From Octopus vulgaris (lineage: Eukaryota): a stretch of DNA of 64,000 bases. Both the position numbers and the translations under genes were made by a program. The stretch lies in the NCBI GenBank assembly GCA_951406725.2, contig OX597818.1, forward strand, positions 58,156,001-58,220,000, given 5' to 3'. Of this stretch, positions 59,566-64,000 are shown piece by piece. The number at the start of each line of letters is the position of its first letter. Position 1 is the stretch's first letter. Below the pieces are notes generated by a model. That model was not told where the DNA came from. It searched no databases and saw only the letters and a list, made by a program, of their open reading frames with translations.

Positions 59566-60000
59566 ACGGCGATAATGAAGTGGCTCATTTTAGTAATGAT
59601 AGAAAAAGCATAGAAAAGAAAGGTTGTGTTTCGAGTCAGTGATGACCTACGTCAGTGGACCAGTTGTGATACATCTATTACATGGAGGAACTGTGCAGCG
59701 GTTGTTACATGTAGACACGGGGAAATAAGAGTGGAGCACAACGGGTTAACACACATAAGCATGATAGTTATTTATTCTTTTATTTGTTTTAGTCACTTGA
59801 CTGCGGCCATGCTGGAGTACCACCCTTAGTCGAACAACATGACCCCCAGGACTTATTCTTTGTAAGCCTAGTACTTTTTCCATCGAATAATTTTGCTGAA
59901 CCGCTAAGTTACGAGGATGTAAACACATCGGTTGTCAATCGATGATGGGTGACAAACAGACACACAAACGAACACACAGACACACACAGAGACACACGTG

Positions 60001-60045
<45 letters not shown>

Positions 60046-60050
<5 letters not shown>

Positions 60051-60756
60051 CAATTGAGGATAAAATCTTTAAAAGAAATTATCAGTAGTCAGCGTGAAAA
60101 ACCTCGTAAGAGAAAAAATCCGTAAATTCTTCCTCTTTGAAAATATTCATTTATATTATATTGAGGGTACTACTATTCGTAGATACCAACACGATAAGAG
60201 GGACCAATGCGGTCAAAACTACTAAAAATAAACAAAATTTTACCGAATGCAAAACTTCGAATATTTTCAAAGAGGAAGAATTTACGGATTTTTTCTCTTA
60301 CGAGGTTTTTCACGCTGACTACTGATAATTTCTTTTAAAGATTTTATCCTCAATTGTTAATTTATATTTTTCACCGGAATAGTTCAATACTGAATTTTTA
60401 TTCCGACTAGGCAATTTGGTACCGAAATGCATTGCGAAAAAGCCCGCCATTTTCATAGATATGTAAGGATAAACATTCGTACAAGCTACGACGAATTGCT
60501 ATCGGTTGGCTATCGAGTTTGTAATGTTTTGTTTTTCCTTATATTTCTTGAGTTTGTTGCACTGACGAACATGAAATGCATATTCTGCATTAAATGCGAA
60601 ATCACATGTGATATGTAACTGAATTCTTTTTAAAATGATGTGTTTTGAAGTTTTGCATTCGGTAAAATTTTGTTTATTTTTAGTAGTTTTGACCGCATTG
60701 GTCCCTCTTAGCGTGTTGGTATCTACGAACAGTAGTACCGTCAATATAATATAAAT
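60046..60756 (+). mobile_element. HHR-containing non-coding element with A'B'-A-C-B architecture
   Basis: 60046-60148 = revcomp of 60259-60361, and 60149-60258 = revcomp of 60647-60756. Confidence 0.8.
60556..60619 (+). ncRNA. Type I hammerhead ribozyme
   Basis: GTTGCA-CTGACGA-aCAT ga AATGCA tattc TGCATT aa ATGc-GAA-ATCACATGTGAT-A-TGTAAC. 12-bp palindromic stem III and 6-bp stem I. Confidence 0.75.
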
Positions 60757-60826
<70 letters not shown>

Positions 60827-61124
60827 ACGGGCTTCTTTCAATTCCCGCTACCAAATCCACTCAGGAGGCCTTGGCCGGCCCGAGACTATACTAGAAAACA
60901 CTTGTCTAAGGTGCCACGCAGTGGGAGTGGGGCCCGAACCCGGAATCATGTGGTTTGTAAGCAAGGTTCTTACCACAAAGTCACTACTGAATAGAAATGA
61001 TGAGAATTATATTTGTAGATGTTTTGGATATTGTAGCTATGCGAAGCCACCAAGTCATATTAAAGGAGGTGAAAGGTCTTAGAGATATGTATTGGGATCA
61101 GAAAACCCTACGATGACCAAGAGG

Positions 61125-61170
<46 letters not shown>

Positions 61171-61171
<1 letters not shown>

Positions 61172-61660
61172 AATACAGTTTACATTTAAACACATAAGAG
61201 ATTGCCATAACAGGACATCTGACTCGCTAGAAAGAGTACTTGATCTACAAACCATTAATAGTTATAATTCTGAAAGGGAATGAAAAATATAAACATTTAC
61301 CCTATTTTTCCTGGACTACGCATAGTTTCAAGCAATCTTTTGTAAATAAAATAATCTACACTATTACATTAAATTGTTTTATTTAGAAAAGATTGCTTGT
61401 ATCTATTGATAGTCCAGGAAATATAGAGTAAATATTTTTATTTTTCATTCCACTTCAGAATTACCCCTAATAGTGGTTTGTAGTATAACTACTCTTTCTA
61501 GCGAGTCAGATGTCCTGTTATGGCCATCTCTTATGTGTTTAAATCTACACTGTATTTTTATATGAATAATATATAGTCTATTGACTATTTTTTTTTCTTT
61601 TCGCTAGACTACCGGTAGCAACAATTTTTCTAATTCTTTTTGCTACCCTGAGATTTATTA
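61171..61660. repeat. Diverged fold-back repeat (arms ~61171-61341 / 61387-61557), same family as 51270-51640
   Basis: CCATAACAGGACATCTGACTCGCTAGAAAGAGTA and its reverse complement. The downstream flank is shared with 51510-51640. Confidence 0.75.
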
Positions 61661-61662
61661 AT

Positions 61663-61720
<58 letters not shown>

Positions 61721-62479
61721 TGTGATTGTGTGTATGATGATATTGATCGTAATAGTTGACCAGCAACCTAATCTATACACAAGAAACTCTAAATTGGTCA
61801 TCTCTGCATTTTAAGAAAACAGAAGGAAGAAAAAAAAACATGATTCATTTACTTCTACCACACTGTATCTTATATTTATATTACATTGTTTTTTATAAAT
61901 CTGTTTTTGCTAACTAATGTAAAATCTATTGTCAAACGTAGAGAGAATACTGAGAAACAGATTGTATTGTATACAGGGATTATGGTTTATAAACGTAAAG
62001 CACACTATGTCCGTAATGTACATAGAAGGGGATACGCGGCTAGATACAAAACAAGCAGATGTTTAATTCACACTCCGCAGAATCATTTATAGAGGTAATA
62101 GTGAATCGAGATCCAATAGATTCATTGAAATATGAGTCATATTCTTAGTATATTTGTATATTTACATATATATCTGTTTGTGCATCAATATTTATTCTGT
62201 TTTTATAAAAATATCTTCGCTTTAGTTTCCTCCATATGAGCGTATAACATTACCAGTGCGTCAATGTGTGCATATTTGATGTCGAATTAGAGCATACAGA
62301 GCAAATAATAGTAGTATTTAGGAGATAAAATGTCGATGTCGAGTGAACGAGATTGGTGACCCTCGTTGAGTTGGCAAAGCGTGTCAATTTAGACGATAGA
62401 AATAACAGTCAACGGAACTCAGATCATCAGTTATCTTAAAATTGAGGGAGGACATTGACGTGTATCTATGTATATGAAA

Positions 62480-62722
62480 CAGTGGTTCTGAACCATGTTT
62501 AAGTTAGGGATTTATTTGATCCCTACTTTACTGGGATGGACACAAGTAGCCATGGAATGTCTTAAGAAATCCCATTATAATTTTATAATTAGATATTAGG
62601 AATTATATAAAACTAGTTTTACTTATTTGTGCACTGTAGAAGTGTAACTAATATAGTGCATACATCTGAACAATATTATTTATGAAATCCCAAGGGTTAT
62701 ATCGACCCGTTCAGATATACTG
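62480..62722. mobile_element. Possible decayed hAT/Charlie-type MITE
   Basis: Left end CAGTGGTTCTGAACC. Right end only weakly complementary (GTTCAGATATACTG). Confidence 0.3.
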
Positions 62723-63000
62723 ATATAAAACTTTATTATGTTCATCAGTATTGAAATACATTCGACTAATCTCAGAGTATTGTGTATATTAAAAGTCAAT
62801 AAACACTTAAAAACTCACGATAATATTCAATTGATTTCTCTACCATAGTTGCTTGTGTGAATCATCTGCAATTCTGTTATGTTCTACATCTCTGTAGCCA
62901 CGACTTAGAACTGTTCAAAACACATTCGTTCAGAGACATAACGTATAGACGAGTATCTCTTCATATTTTCACGTGATTTATATATATATATAGACGATAA

Positions 63001-63151
63001 GAAAATGGAGAAATAAATGACAATGAAAGTGGATCTTCGGTGTTATAAAGCCATTAATTAATTAATTAATTAATTAATTAATTAATTAATTAAATAATGG
63101 CTTTATAACAGTAAAGATCCACTTCTAATTGTTATTTGTTTCTCCATTTTC
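63001..63151. repeat. Hairpin with ~55-bp arms centred on (TTAA)n
   Basis: GAAAATGGAGAAA...GTGGATCTT...TGTTATAAAGCCATTA / TAATGGCTTTATAACA...AAGATCCAC...TTTCTCCATTTTC. Confidence 0.85.
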
Positions 63152-63296
63152 ATATATCCATTAAACTACGGTTTAACTTTTAAATTACCCACTACCGTAT
63201 ACCTTATAAGAAGGACAATACATACTGAGATAATTAACAGGAGTGCCTCTGTATACATCTATCCTTTATGTGGTTTCAATACCTATAATTTATAAC

Positions 63297-63346
<50 letters not shown>

Positions 63347-63347
63347 T

Positions 63348-63402
<55 letters not shown>

Positions 63403-63479
63403 TAACCATTCTTCACACTCTCCTATCACAAAATTAACTTTCACTATATCTTTCCACTGCCGGTCACTTCAGAAATGTA

Positions 63480-63670
63480 ACAACACGTCGAGAGTTGGCG
63501 ATTTTCTCTTCTTCTTTGGCCTTTTCCCTTTCTACTTTCCGACGAAGAGTCATGCTGGAAATGTCAAAAATCCTCTCCTTCCACCGAACTAATATAATTC
63601 CTGTTCTCACATCCGTGCTTCTGTGTGTGTGTGTGTGTGTTTGCATGTTCCTTTTCATATAAATAAACAC
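63480..63670 (+). mobile_element. Diverged copy of the short HHR module (motif ~63535-63570)
   Basis: CTTT-CCGACGA-AGAGTCATGCTG-GAAA-TG-TC-AAA. Context similar to 20720 and 23254. Confidence 0.4.
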
Positions 63671-64000
63671 GGAATCATGTGGTTGTGTGTGCAGGTGTAT
63701 ATAAAGGTACAAAAATATCGGTGAAATCAAGGTAGGAAACACAACCTGGGTGTATTCGTTTTACAAATGTTTCGCAAATATATTCTTCTCTCTTACCTAT
63801 AGCACAGACGAAGAGATAAAAAACCAAAGGTAGAATAAACCTAACGTAGCTCACGTTGAGAGTCGCCAAAGATTCAAATAAGCAGAACGAAATGATACAC
63901 GTGGCCTGAATGGCAACTCTGATTTTGACGTTTGATGCGTGATGGGTCGGAGACAACGGTTTCCTGGTATGGGTGCTTTGTAATTAAGCTCGTGTATGTG

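Larger units (their letters stand above)
59770..60990 (-). mobile_element. SINE group C split at its internal (TA)n (tail 59770-59995, head 60825-60990) by the 60046-60756 insert
   Basis: Both halves are in the correct order and orientation. Confidence 0.75.

Overview
This is not prokaryotic DNA. It is AT-rich, microsatellite-saturated animal DNA, most likely a cephalopod (Octopus-like), inferred from the SINE/LINE repertoire. Most ORFs in the supplied track are translations of (TA)n/(CA)n/(CATA)n/(GATA)n arrays. Recognisable coding content is all transposon-derived: one uninterrupted Penelope-like (PLE) RT+GIY-YIG ORF (10350-12542), a nearly intact CR1-group LINE ORF2 split by one frameshift (38176-41202), several truncated CR1 and PLE copies, and decayed mariner and Tc1/maT-like transposons. 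About 25 tRNA-derived SINE copies fall into three modular groups. The notable structure is non-coding. (1) About a dozen hammerhead-ribozyme (HHR) motifs, including C3:G8, U3:A8 and G3:C8 core covariants, sit in short (TA)n-embedded modules. (2) A 498-bp HHR-carrying unit has an inverted flank showing a tail-to-head junction, consistent with a retrozyme-like circular or tandem template. (3) There are several long fold-back inverted repeats. (4) In a tandem segmental duplication, the same microsatellite was hit independently by a PLE in one copy and a CR1 LINE in the other. (5) A CR1 LINE/SINE pair shares a covarying 3' stem-loop. A few phase-compatible + strand exon candidates may belong to an unidentified host gene (low confidence). 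All coordinates were read by eye, and repeat boundaries are approximate.
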